In this document: one piece after another, positions 51,911 to 61,548 of the stretch
Layout: every line of letters starts with the position of its first letter
Position numbering within the stretch: position 1 is the first letter of the stretch
Source: Muribaculaceae bacterium
Lineage (GTDB): Bacteria; Bacteroidota; Bacteroidia; Bacteroidales; Muribaculaceae
NCBI GenBank assembly: GCA_017483645.1
Contig: JAFUWD010000054.1
Coordinates: 1,627 to 65,626 of the forward strand
DNA length: 64,000 nt
Direction of reading: 5' to 3'
Program-made: the position numbers and the translations under genes
The notes under the pieces: model-generated
Databases searched by the model: none
What the model saw: only the letters and a program-made list of their open reading frames with translations
Told to the model about the DNA's origin: nothing

Positions 51911-52591
51911 TTAATCATTATTTAACAGACCCGGCCGCAGTCGGCGTGTGCGTTGCATCGCTTGCTCCATTTTCCACTGGTCGATGCGGGCGAAGTTGCC
52001 GCTGAGCAGCACCTCGGGCACTTTCCAGCCGTTGAACTCGGCGGGACGGGTGTAGACCGGTGCCTCGAGCAGGCCGTCTTGGAAGGAATCACTCAGCGCG
52101 CTTTGCTCGTCGCCGATGGCGCCGGGGATGAGGCGCACCACGGCGTCGGCGATGACTGCTGCCGGCAGTTCGCCGCCGGTGAGCACATAGTCGCCGATGG
52201 AGATTTCACGGGTGATGAGATGCTCGCGGATGCGGTAATCCACCCCTTTGTAGTGGCCGCACAGTATCATCAGGTTTTCGGCCATCGACAGCGTGTTGGC
52301 GATGGGCTGCGACAGCATTTCGCCGTCGGGCGAGGTGAAAATCACCTCGTCGTAGTGGCGTTCGGCTTTGAGTTGCTCCATGCACCGGAACACCGGCTCA
52401 ATCTGCATCACCATGCCCGCGTCGCCGCCAAAGGGGTAGTCGTCCACCTTGCGGTGGTTGCGCAGCGACCAGTCGCGCAGGTTGTGCACATGGATTTCGA
52501 CCAGTCCCTTGTCCTGTGCCCGCTGCAAAATGGAGCAGTGTAGTGGCGATTCGAGCGCCTCGGGCATTACCGTGAGTATATCAATGCGCAT
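51911..52591 (-). CDS. trmD: tRNA (guanine-N1)-methyltransferase
   Basis: [40 protein letters not shown]. Confidence 0.96.
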   Translation of the reverse strand: MRIDILTVMPEALESPLHCSILQRAQDKGLVEIHVHNLRDWSLRNHRKVDDYPFGGDAGMVMQIEPVFRCMEQLKAERHYDEVIFTSPDGEMLSQPIANTLSMAENLMILCGHYKGVDYRIREHLITREISIGDYVLTGGELPAAVIADAVVRLIPGAIGDEQSALSDSFQDGLLEAPVYTRPAEFNGWKVPEVLLSGNFARIDQWKMEQAMQRTRRLRPGLLNND

Positions 52592-52608
52592 AGCAGTAAA
52601 AAGGGGGG

Positions 52609-52944
52609 TTAATTGTTGTGGCTGTTGTCGTTGTCCCAGGGATAGCGGCGTTTCGGATTGCGTGGAAACCACCCTTTTCTCACACGTTCCTCCTGGTGAA
52701 ACACCTCGAGGATGCTCCAGAAGCACGAGAATGCCGTCACGCCCATGAGTGAGGATGCCAGCACATTGTCCACCAGCAGCGTGGCTGCCGCCAGACCGAT
52801 GCCCGCCAGCAAGAATGCCCACCAGCACTTGGTACCCAAGTGGTATTCGGCTTTGATGACGACGGGATGAAAAATCCCGATTACTAAAAAGGTGGCCAGT
52901 CCGATGACAAGTCCCAGCAGATGATGTGATGTAAGAAACTCCAT
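52609..52944 (-). CDS. DUF4491 family membrane protein
   Basis: [34 protein letters not shown]. Confidence 0.85.
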   Translation of the reverse strand: MEFLTSHHLLGLVIGLATFLVIGIFHPVVIKAEYHLGTKCWWAFLLAGIGLAAATLLVDNVLASSLMGVTAFSCFWSILEVFHQEERVRKGWFPRNPKRRYPWDNDNSHNN

Positions 52945-53039
52945 AAAAAGAGAAAATCAGTAACTTCACTGCAAAGTTACTGATTTATTCTCTATTCGTT
53001 GCAAAAAAGGCGACTTTTCATCCAAAAGGACGCAGACAT

Positions 53040-55310
53040 TTAATTGGAGCCTGAGGGATTTTGTGCTTGCCCGCCGCCTGCCGATGCGCCACCCACAACG
53101 TCGCTGTTTTCGATGGTTTTGTCGGTCTTTTTGACTCGGGTGTTGAGCGAGCCGAAGCGGTAGCTGATTGACAGACGCACCGAGCGGTCGGCCCATTCGT
53201 TGCGATCCCATCCGGTGAAGTCGCCCTGGATGGTACGCATGGTGAAAGCACTGCGTTTCTTACCGAAGGGTTGCTGGGCGTTGATGCGCACAGTGAGCCG
53301 GTCGTCCTTCAGGAAACTGCGTTGCAGCCCCAAACCGTGGAACCAGTTATTCCCATTTTTTCCGTAAAGTCCGCTGGCGCCACCTCCCCATTTGCCCACG
53401 TTGGCGGTGAGCCGCAGTTTCCAGGGAAGTTGTTGGGTGATTTGTGAAAAGAAGAAGCTGCTCCAGCCGCTGTTTTTCAGATCCAGCTCGCGACTTCGGT
53501 AATAGTCGTATCCCACGTTGCCGTTGACCATGATGCTCGTTTTGGGATGCACCATCCACTGGAAAAAACCGCTCAGGCCCACCCAACGCTCGGTGAGCGT
53601 GTTGGCGTAGGTGGAAACCTTTTTCCCGTCGCGCACAAACTGCACGGCTGCAATCTCGTTGTTGCTCACCGAGAATCCCGGCACCACATTGAATGTGAAT
53701 TTGGGCCCGATGTGCATGAATGTGGCGCTCACCGAATAGCTGCGCGCACTGCTCAGTCGGGCGTTGCCGTAGGAGATGGTGGTGGGTTGCTCCACGACGG
53801 CAGGGTTCAGGTAGCTGATGCCCGGACGGTGGATGCGTGTGGCAAAGGCCATTTTCAGGCTGTTGGCCATATCGAATTGGTAACTCATGCTGGCGCTGGG
53901 CACCCAGTCGTTGAGGCTGCGGTGAAATCCCTCCTGGCTGCCGTCGGGATAGCTGGCTCGCAGGTGGCTCCACTCGTAGCGCAGCCCAGCCCGGGCGCTC
54001 CATTTGTCGCGGTGATAGGTGTAGCTCAGATAGGCCGCCGCCACCTGTGTCAGGTGCTTGAAGCGCGTGTCCACGCTCGGTGCTTGTTCGCTATCGTAGT
54101 CGGTGACGGTGTGGCTGGTGTTGCTGCGGTAGATGTACTTGACTCCCGTTTCCATCTTGTGCCACTGTGCGAAGGGGCGGGTCCAGTCGAATTGTAAGGT
54201 GTGTTCCCAGAAGTTTTCGTGGCCGTTTTGGCCGAATGCAGTGTAGGGAACGGGCGGATTTTGGGCGGCGCTGATGGTGTTGCGCAATTCTGAGGTGCTG
54301 CGGGTGGTCGACAGCATATAGCTCAGTGTCAAGGCCTCTTCCTTGCGGGTGGTCTTGTGTTGATAGTCGGCGCGGCCGTTGAAATTGTGGTAGCTGTTGC
54401 CGGGGCTGTGGGTGTTCTGGGTGTAGCTGTAGATGGGCAATCCGGCAGCATCGGTCATGGCCATTCGGCCGGTGCCGTCGGATTTGTAGTTATAGAAGTA
54501 ACCTCCGAAGGTGAGCGACAACAGGTTGAGCGAGTCGATTTCAACACTCGAGTCGATGTTGCCGTAATGCACGTTGACACTCGACAGCCCGCTGCCTTCG
54601 CTGCGAAGGGTGTTGCCGCTTTCGGTGTAATGGGTTTCGCTGCTCGACAGTTGTTCGTCGTGGCGTCCCTGGCGATGGTAGCCATAGTTGATCGAAGTCA
54701 CCCAGCGTCCCACCTGTGAGGTGACGTAGGCGTTGGCGTTGGGGTCGCCGCGGTGGTCCACGCCGGCACCGATTGTGCCTGTGATGCCGTTGATGTCGGC
54801 ATTGGTCATCATCACAATGTTCAAGATGGCGCTCACGCCCTCGGCGTCGTACTTTGCTCCCGGCTCGGTGATAACCTCGATGCGTTTAATCATGGAAGCC
54901 GGAATGGCTTTGAGCACCTCCTTAGGGTTGCTGCTGAGCGACGGGTCGGGATGCCCGTTCTTATAGATTTTGAAATTGGTGCTGCCTTTCACACGAATTT
55001 CTTCCTGGCCGTCGACGCTCACCAGCGGCACCTTCTTGAGCATTTCCAAGGTGGAGTTGGTGCGGCTGTCGGCATCGGCCTGGATGTCGTAGCTCAATCG
55101 GTCAATTTCATTTTTCACCAGTGGGCGTTGGGCGGTGACCTCAATTTCCTTGAGTTCGATGTTCTTTTCCAGGGCAGCGTTCACGGCGCTGTCGATGGCA
55201 GCTTGTTCCTTGTCGGAAACAGTGGTGGTGGCGGCCGTCTGCGCCACGGCAGTCGTTGCCAGCAGTGCCACAGCGAGTGTGGCGAGTTGTTTCGTTGGGC
55301 GGAAAACCAT
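53040..55310 (-). CDS. TonB-dependent receptor-like outer-membrane protein (OMP beta-barrel family 3)
   Basis: Plug LKKVPLVSVD...RIEVITEPGAKYDAEG..ILNI, barrel strands, SYRFG. Confidence 0.88.
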   Translation of the reverse strand: MVFRPTKQLATLAVALLATTAVAQTAATTTVSDKEQAAIDSAVNAALEKNIELKEIEVTAQRPLVKNEIDRLSYDIQADADSRTNSTLEMLKKVPLVSVDGQEEIRVKGSTNFKIYKNGHPDPSLSSNPKEVLKAIPASMIKRIEVITEPGAKYDAEGVSAILNIVMMTNADINGITGTIGAGVDHRGDPNANAYVTSQVGRWVTSINYGYHRQGRHDEQLSSSETHYTESGNTLRSEGSGLSSVNVHYGNIDSSVEIDSLNLLSLTFGGYFYNYKSDGTGRMAMTDAAGLPIYSYTQNTHSPGNSYHNFNGRADYQHKTTRKEEALTLSYMLSTTRSTSELRNTISAAQNPPVPYTAFGQNGHENFWEHTLQFDWTRPFAQWHKMETGVKYIYRSNTSHTVTDYDSEQAPSVDTRFKHLTQVAAAYLSYTYHRDKWSARAGLRYEWSHLRASYPDGSQEGFHRSLNDWVPSASMSYQFDMANSLKMAFATRIHRPGISYLNPAVVEQPTTISYGNARLSSARSYSVSATFMHIGPKFTFNVVPGFSVSNNEIAAVQFVRDGKKVSTYANTLTERWVGLSGFFQWMVHPKTSIMVNGNVGYDYYRSRELDLKNSGWSSFFFSQITQQLPWKLRLTANVGKWGGGASGLYGKNGNNWFHGLGLQRSFLKDDRLTVRINAQQPFGKKRSAFTMRTIQGDFTGWDRNEWADRSVRLSISYRFGSLNTRVKKTDKTIENSDVVGGASAGGGQAQNPSGSN

Positions 55311-55397
55311 TAGAGTTGTAGTTATTGTTTTTTGTGTGTTAGACGCATTGTGATGTAAAAAAGTTTCAGCCAATGTGTTAAAAAGAGTGAATGCGCA

Positions 55398-57074
55398 TTA
55401 TTGCCCGATGGCCTGCTTGATATCGATGTCGAGGATGGTGATGAGCGCTTGGCGGGACACATCGCCCAATGTGGTCAGCCTCACTGATTGAGCCTGAATG
55501 ACTTTCTCAAACAGATTGCGAACTATGCGGGCATTTCCCCAGTCTTTGCTCTTGTGGGCAGTTTGCTGCTCCAGGTATTGTTGCAACGCAAGTTTTGCCT
55601 CAGGCTGGAGCCGATAGTCGAATTGAGTGCAGATATTTTCAAAAATCCTCATCAATTCGTCAGTATTGTAGTCGTCAAAATGGATATATCGGTTAAAACG
55701 TGACCTCAGTCCAGGATTCGACTGGATGAACTGTTCCATCTCGTCGACATATCCGGCCAAAATCACCACCAGGCGGTCGCGGTCGTCCTCCATGCGCTTG
55801 AGCAGGGTGGCAATCGCCTCGGGGCCAAAGTCGTTCATGGTTCCCGGTGCCAGGGTATATGCCTCGTCGATGAAGAGCACCCCGTCGAGAGCCGAATCGA
55901 TGATTTTATTGGTTTTCACCGCTGTTTGGCCCACATATTCGGCCACCAGCCCCGAGCGGTCGGTTTCCACAAGATGCCCCTTTTTGAGAACGCCCATCTC
56001 CTTATAGATGGCAGCCACGATGCGTGCCACGGTGGTTTTTCCGGTTCCGGGATTGCCAGTGAACACGCAGTGATAGGAAATGGCCGGCGTTTTGAGTCCT
56101 TCTCCGGCCCTGTGCTTGTTCACCGTCACAAAGCTCTTGAGGTTGGCGATATCCTGCTTCACTTTTTTCAGTCCCACCAGTTGCTGCAGCGTATACATCG
56201 GGTCTTCTTGCTGCATGTCGTTCTGAGCGGAGCCTTCTTGGTTACGGCCCATTTGTTCGGGGGCAATCTGTTGCAACCACTTGGCTTGGGAGGGGGTGAC
56301 AACGCCATCTGCCTTGGCCACAATGGAGGCCAGCCGGTAGAGGATGACGCGGGCTTGTGGCAGCAGGTGGCTCGAAGTGTCGCTCAACCTGATGGTGAGC
56401 GCCAGCATGAAGTCGTCTTCCCCATCCACTGTGATACCCACCCCCGGATTTTTATAGACTTCAAGCATTTGGCTGTACACCTGCCTGATTTGTGTGGAAA
56501 ACGAGTCGCTATCGGTAATGTTTCCGGCAAGGGTGTCATAGGGTGTCGGGGTCTGTTTGTTCTTGATGCAGTCGAGAAACATAATGAGCAGTTGCCCCTC
56601 GGCTGTGGTGTTGTCGGTTTCGACACTCAGTCCCAGCCTGCGGTAAATCCTGAAAAAATCCTGGGCGAAGAAAAACTGTAATGTGCTATTTAAAAATGTG
56701 TTGTCGAAATTGCCTTCGATGGTGTCTTTATCGCGGGCGCGATTAAGGAGAAATGTGCGCAGCTCGTTGTCGTTGCTCAGTGTGCGGCACAGCTCTAAGG
56801 CTTTGCCCACCTCGGCGGTGAGCGCGCTGTATTGTTGTTCCGAGACGAGAACGGGGATTTCTTCGGCTTTTGGAGAAGCCGATGCGGCGGCTCTCCGGGG
56901 AGCCGAAAAATCGTCGGATGCCACGATGAACATGACCATGATGACGATTCCAATGCAGCCTGTGAAAAATACCGTGAGCCACTGTGCTCCCATCAAAAGC
57001 ATGATGAGGAGTAGTAGCGCCAGCATGCCCAGGCACCCGCAGGCCGTTTCTTTATTTCTCTTTTTTGAACTCAT
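55398..57074 (-). CDS. Membrane-anchored SpoVK/CbbX/EccA-type AAA+ ATPase with a TerB-like segment
   Basis: Two N-terminal TMs, AKADGVVT, LVGLKKVK, GNPGTGKT, LFIDEAY, SNPGLRSRF, GNARIVRN. Confidence 0.88.
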   Translation of the reverse strand: MSSKKRNKETACGCLGMLALLLLIMLLMGAQWLTVFFTGCIGIVIMVMFIVASDDFSAPRRAAASASPKAEEIPVLVSEQQYSALTAEVGKALELCRTLSNDNELRTFLLNRARDKDTIEGNFDNTFLNSTLQFFFAQDFFRIYRRLGLSVETDNTTAEGQLLIMFLDCIKNKQTPTPYDTLAGNITDSDSFSTQIRQVYSQMLEVYKNPGVGITVDGEDDFMLALTIRLSDTSSHLLPQARVILYRLASIVAKADGVVTPSQAKWLQQIAPEQMGRNQEGSAQNDMQQEDPMYTLQQLVGLKKVKQDIANLKSFVTVNKHRAGEGLKTPAISYHCVFTGNPGTGKTTVARIVAAIYKEMGVLKKGHLVETDRSGLVAEYVGQTAVKTNKIIDSALDGVLFIDEAYTLAPGTMNDFGPEAIATLLKRMEDDRDRLVVILAGYVDEMEQFIQSNPGLRSRFNRYIHFDDYNTDELMRIFENICTQFDYRLQPEAKLALQQYLEQQTAHKSKDWGNARIVRNLFEKVIQAQSVRLTTLGDVSRQALITILDIDIKQAIGQ

Positions 57075-57126
57075 TATCTCGATGCAAAAGTAACACAAAT
57101 TTGGCATACGGCCACAATATGGGGTA

Positions 57127-57160
57127 TAAAAATGGCGGCACCCACACGGATGCCGCCATT
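57127..57160 (-). terminator. Intrinsic terminator of the large secreted protein gene
   Basis: AATGGCGGCA/TGCCGCCATT stem followed by a T tract on the minus strand. Confidence 0.75.
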
Positions 57161-57192
57161 GATAATCAATGAAAAGGGCGCTGAGATGATAA

Positions 57193-60100
57193 TCAGCGAA
57201 TCACTTTGGTGGTCTTGACCGTGCCGTCGCTCATCGTGGTGATCACGATGTTGAGGCCGGTGAAGGGCTTGGCGCTCACTTGGCCGGCTGCATTGACATA
57301 CTTCACGGCAGCCACTGCGGTGGCAGCGTTGATGTCGCGCACGGCGGTGGAAACGTCGTCAATCTTGGTGCCGTTGCTCATGGCCTTCAGGTCGTAGCCC
57401 TCGGCAGCAGCAACGCGGCGCGGTGCTCCGGTGGTGCCATTGGCGTTGAGACGGATGAGGACGTCGAATTCCACGTTGCAATCATTCTCAAATGTCTTGC
57501 CCGTGATGTCGGCGTGGAAAGCACCGTTGATGCTGGCGGTGTTGACGGTTTCCGTGGCGTTGGGCGTGCGGAAGTTGCCGTCGCTGCTGTGGAAGCATCC
57601 CACCATGTGAGCCACCTCCATCACTTGCGGCATGGCAAACCAGAAGTTGTAGGTCCGGTCACCCACCGTGCGCTCCACGTTGGTGCGGTTGTTCGGGTCA
57701 AGGTTGGCGGGCGTGTAGTTGTTCAGCGCCACGGTGCCAATATTCTCGCCGAGTTCATAATCATCAACAGCCATTGTGTAGTTCTTCACATCGGTCAGCT
57801 TGCCGGTGACACCGGTCAGCGTTTGGCCCACTTGAGCATCCTCGATGCCGGTCAAGGCAATCCAGTTGCTGAAGGTGTTGGCGGGCAGAGCCAGATAGCT
57901 GGCCACATAGTCGGTCTGACCCTCGGCGGGACCCTGAGCGGAGGCACCGTTGTCATCGCGGGCGTAAGCCACGTCGCCATCCACGAAGGCCACGGTCAGC
58001 TCATCGGTAATCAGATAAGTTTTGCTGGTATCGGGAGCGGTCTCCATGTCGGCCAGAGAGGACTCGGTAACGGTGGGAGGAGTCACCTCGCCAACCTCTT
58101 TCCACTCGATGGTAACCATGCCGAAGTTCACCTCGCCGGGCATCAGCACATAGAGCGGAGTGTAAATCTGAGGATCGGTAGTGGATGTGGTCGTCACTGT
58201 GATGGAGTGTCCGTCGGCGGCAACGCTCATCACCTCAGCGGTATTCATTTGCTGTGTTCCTTCACCATTGATGCGCCAGAACGATCCACCCAGGCCGGCC
58301 AGTGTTTCCTCGCTGGTAATCAGCAACTGGTAGTTGTCGGTGGTTTCGTTGATGTAGTGGTAGCCCACGAGCGTGACAGTGTGGTCGCCGGCGGTGAGCA
58401 CTTGGCCGTCGACGGGCTTGGGAGCCGCTGTGACGGTGAGTTCCTTGGTGGCGGCAATAGTGTTGTCGCTGTTCAAGGTGGCGGTGATGGTGACAGTGCC
58501 TTCGGCCACACCGGTCACCAGACCGGTTTCGTCGACGGTAGCGATAGCTTCGTCACCGCTGGTGAAGGTCACCTTGCTGGCAGCCACGTCCTTGCTGTCT
58601 TGGTCCTTGACGGTGAGTTGCAACGTCTTGGTGGCCTGCACCTCGTTGGCGTCAGCCTCGAGAGTGATTGCGGTGGGCTCGCTGACCGAGCCGGTCTTGT
58701 AGCAGTAGATGTTGTCAACCAGAATGTTCAGTCCGTTTCCGTTGTCGAGCTTGAGTTGGTGCATCAGGTTGGTGCCGCCGCGTGTGGCATCGTCAAATGT
58801 GCTCATCGGGATGTCGAAACTCGACCACTCGCCCCCAGCGAAATTCACAGTGCTGCGGATTTCGGGGAAGTTGGCGTTGGCCTCGGCGTTCCACCAGATG
58901 GGAACGATGCCCAGCGAGCCAGCTTCTTCGCAGTAGATGTCGATGTGCAGGTATTCCATCTCGGTGACATCGAGCTGGGTGTTGAAGCCCAAGCCGTAGT
59001 AGTTCATGTTCTCGAATTGCAGCGTGGGATTACCGTCGATGGTGATGCCGGTGAATCGTGTGGGCGAGCCCCAGTCGTAGAAGCCCAAATTGGGTGTTGC
59101 GGTGGTGTAAGCGTCGCTGTAGATGCTTATCACATTCTCGGCATCCTGCGTGGGTGCGGGAGCAGCGGTGAGAGCGGTGGTGGTGGCTTGGACGGTGAGC
59201 GGTTCCGAAGTGTTGGCGTTCTCATCTTCGGCCACGATGGTGAAGGTGTAGGCGGTACCGGCTGTCAAGCCCGAGATGGTGTGCTCGATTTCCACATCGT
59301 TAGCGCCCTTGCCATTATAGGTGTTGCCATCTTGGTCGGTGATGAGGTAGTTGATGACCTCGGCCTTGTCGTCGGAGGCTTTGAGTGCCACGACCACGCT
59401 CATGGCGTTGGCTTTGACCAGCTCGGCTTTGACGAGAGTGGGAGCCACATTGTCGTCGACGGCGGGCTTGGCCAGATAGAAATGGTCGAGGTAGAACTCA
59501 TACTCGTTCTCCAGCTCGATGCACATGTAGTTCTGTGTGAAGGCAGCGCCCTCGATGGTGACGTAGTTCCATTGTCCGGGAATCAGCCCTTCGAACTCGA
59601 TGGCATTGTCATAGGCGTTGTCACCAAAGATTTTGCACTTGGTGGCGCTCATCGGATACAGGGCCACATGGGCTGTGTTGTAGTCGGCGTTGGGTGCAAC
59701 GGCGTTCTTGGTGCGGCTGTTCATGCCGGTTCCCGTCACATGCACGGTCTTGTGGTCGTTGCCGTCAACTAAGTTCACCTCCTCGATGGCGGTGTAGAGC
59801 GGGTTGGGTGCTCCGCCGCCGATTCCCCAACCGGGATTGTTGTCCTGCAGGCCCTTGCCGTAGGTGGCGCTGTAGATGGCAATTACATTCAGCTCCAGGT
59901 CGGTGGGCTCGTTGGCGTTGGCCGTGGGTGCGCCCATGGCCTCGGCAACCACAGTCATGGTAATGGCATTCGAGGTAACATCGCCCACTGAGGCCGTGAT
60001 GTCGGTGGTGCCGGCAGTCAGTGCGGTGAAGACACCGTCGGTCACTGTGCCCACAGCGGGATTGGTGCTGCTCCAGGTGATGGCGCTCGGGGAGAGTCGT

Positions 60101-60735
60101 CCGCCATTTTGATCTTTGGCGATGACGTTGATGTTCACCGTGCTACCTACCGTGGGATAGGTGCCATTTGCTTCAATGGCGAGTGTGGTCAACACCAAAT
60201 TGCCCTCGTCGGGCTTTGCCAGATAGAAGTGGTCGAGATAGAACTCCGTCTCGTCCACCAGCTCGATGCACATGTAGTTCTGTGTGAAGGCAGCGCCCGT
60301 GATGGTGACGTAGTTCCACTGGCCTGGAATCAGCCCTTCGAACTCAATGGCATTGGGGTAGTCATTGTCACCGAAGATTTTGCACTTGGTGGCATTCATC
60401 GGGAACAAGGCCACATGGGCGGTGTTGTAGTCGGCGTTGGGCACACTCTTGGGACGGCTGTTCATGCCGGTACCCAGCACATGCACGGTCTTGTGGTTGT
60501 TGCCCTCTACCAGCTTCACCTCCTCAAGAGAGTTGTACAGCGGATTGGGTGCGCCGTTGTTGATGCCCCATCCGGGGTTGTTGTCCTGCAATCCTTTGCC
60601 ATAAAAGTCGCTGTAGATTGCAATGACATTCGCCTCGGCATCGGTGGGATCGTTGGCGTTGGCCGTTGGGGCGGTCTGTCCCCAAACTGTCAAAGTTGCC
60701 AAAGCAACAAGGACAAAAGTCAAAAATTTCTTCAT
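57193..60735 (-). CDS. 1180-aa secreted multimodular protein (duplicated CBM-like modules, Big_2 Ig domains, FN3, T9SS-like CTD)
   Basis: Signal peptide; two near-identical ~155-aa modules; WSSTNPAVGTV and FTSGDEAIATVD Ig motifs; ISGLTAGTAYTF FN3; YVNAAGQ...KVIR tail. Confidence 0.85.
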   Translation of the reverse strand: MKKFLTFVLVALATLTVWGQTAPTANANDPTDAEANVIAIYSDFYGKGLQDNNPGWGINNGAPNPLYNSLEEVKLVEGNNHKTVHVLGTGMNSRPKSVPNADYNTAHVALFPMNATKCKIFGDNDYPNAIEFEGLIPGQWNYVTITGAAFTQNYMCIELVDETEFYLDHFYLAKPDEGNLVLTTLAIEANGTYPTVGSTVNINVIAKDQNGGRLSPSAITWSSTNPAVGTVTDGVFTALTAGTTDITASVGDVTSNAITMTVVAEAMGAPTANANEPTDLELNVIAIYSATYGKGLQDNNPGWGIGGGAPNPLYTAIEEVNLVDGNDHKTVHVTGTGMNSRTKNAVAPNADYNTAHVALYPMSATKCKIFGDNAYDNAIEFEGLIPGQWNYVTIEGAAFTQNYMCIELENEYEFYLDHFYLAKPAVDDNVAPTLVKAELVKANAMSVVVALKASDDKAEVINYLITDQDGNTYNGKGANDVEIEHTISGLTAGTAYTFTIVAEDENANTSEPLTVQATTTALTAAPAPTQDAENVISIYSDAYTTATPNLGFYDWGSPTRFTGITIDGNPTLQFENMNYYGLGFNTQLDVTEMEYLHIDIYCEEAGSLGIVPIWWNAEANANFPEIRSTVNFAGGEWSSFDIPMSTFDDATRGGTNLMHQLKLDNGNGLNILVDNIYCYKTGSVSEPTAITLEADANEVQATKTLQLTVKDQDSKDVAASKVTFTSGDEAIATVDETGLVTGVAEGTVTITATLNSDNTIAATKELTVTAAPKPVDGQVLTAGDHTVTLVGYHYINETTDNYQLLITSEETLAGLGGSFWRINGEGTQQMNTAEVMSVAADGHSITVTTTSTTDPQIYTPLYVLMPGEVNFGMVTIEWKEVGEVTPPTVTESSLADMETAPDTSKTYLITDELTVAFVDGDVAYARDDNGASAQGPAEGQTDYVASYLALPANTFSNWIALTGIEDAQVGQTLTGVTGKLTDVKNYTMAVDDYELGENIGTVALNNYTPANLDPNNRTNVERTVGDRTYNFWFAMPQVMEVAHMVGCFHSSDGNFRTPNATETVNTASINGAFHADITGKTFENDCNVEFDVLIRLNANGTTGAPRRVAAAEGYDLKAMSNGTKIDDVSTAVRDINAATAVAAVKYVNAAGQVSAKPFTGLNIVITTMSDGTVKTTKVIR
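59464..60672 (-). repeat. Intragenic duplication (copies at about 60211-60672 and 59464-59931)
   Basis: Long identical DNA stretches, e.g. GATGCACATGTAGTTCTGTGTGAAGGCAGCGCCC in both copies. Confidence 0.85.
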
Positions 60736-60958
60736 TACTTGGTTTTTTGGTTTTAGGTTATTGAAAAATAGGTTTTCTCGTGTGTGTAATTACATTACAG
60801 GTGCAAAGATAAAGGCGCATCGTGAAAGATGCGCCAAAAAATAACTCACAAAACCTCACTTTTTTTAAAAACAGTCCCCATTTAATGGGCAAATTGAGCT
60901 TGTGACCTCCTCACATGCCCCATCAAACTGTTTTAAGAGGGCGGGGTGTGTTGATATG

Positions 60959-61513
60959 TCAGTCGTCCATGCCCAGGAATTGTCCGCTTTGGTTGAAATT
61001 AAGCTCCATCCCATTGGACAGATCAATCTCGAACCCGGTGGGCTTTTTGTTGATTTTGGTAATCATCTGGCCTTGGAAATTAGCCTTGACATAGTTGGCT
61101 ATGGCTGCAGGAACGAGTGCGGCAGGTACGGGCCGCATGTGGCAATCCACATTGTCCCATTGGTTGGCCGGGTCGAAATCGACCTCGGTGCCATCGGAAA
61201 GTGTCACATCATACTCAACGCCTCCAAACTCATTGTCGGTCTCAACATACGACACCGTGGCTTGAGGGAAGTGTTTTTTCAGAAAGTCGGTGATTGGGGC
61301 GGGCAGAGCGGCCGGTGATACGGTTGCTGCCGGGGCCGGTGCTGCTGCGGCTGTGGCTGTGGTGTCGACTGCCGGTGCTGGAGTGGCAGGAGCAGCCTGT
61401 TGAGCCTGTGTGGGGTTCATTTGCTGGGTGCCACCACCCAAGCCGCTGCCGTTGTTACAAGAAGTCATTGCTGCGAGAGTAACGATAGTGAGAGCGAAAA
61501 TTGTTTGTTTCAT
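60959..61513 (-). CDS. PepSY-like (BLIP-like) lipoprotein
   Basis: Lipobox MTSC, Ala/Pro linker, LPAPITDFLKKHFP, YDVTLSDGTEVDFD, FEIDLSNGMELNFN. Confidence 0.85.
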   Translation of the reverse strand: MKQTIFALTIVTLAAMTSCNNGSGLGGGTQQMNPTQAQQAAPATPAPAVDTTATAAAAPAPAATVSPAALPAPITDFLKKHFPQATVSYVETDNEFGGVEYDVTLSDGTEVDFDPANQWDNVDCHMRPVPAALVPAAIANYVKANFQGQMITKINKKPTGFEIDLSNGMELNFNQSGQFLGMDD

Positions 61514-61548
61514 TGTTAAGTTTTTTATAGTATGAATAAAAATGTTGG

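Noticed and set aside
51911-52969. Apparent N-terminally extended TrmD (352 aa); similar extensions for RibF, GH97 and the ABC permease
   Set aside because: Extensions overlap real upstream genes or promoters; conserved starts lie downstream
57280-59772. 830-aa plus-strand ORF opposite the large surface protein
   Set aside because: Antisense shadow; composition reflects reverse-complement codons
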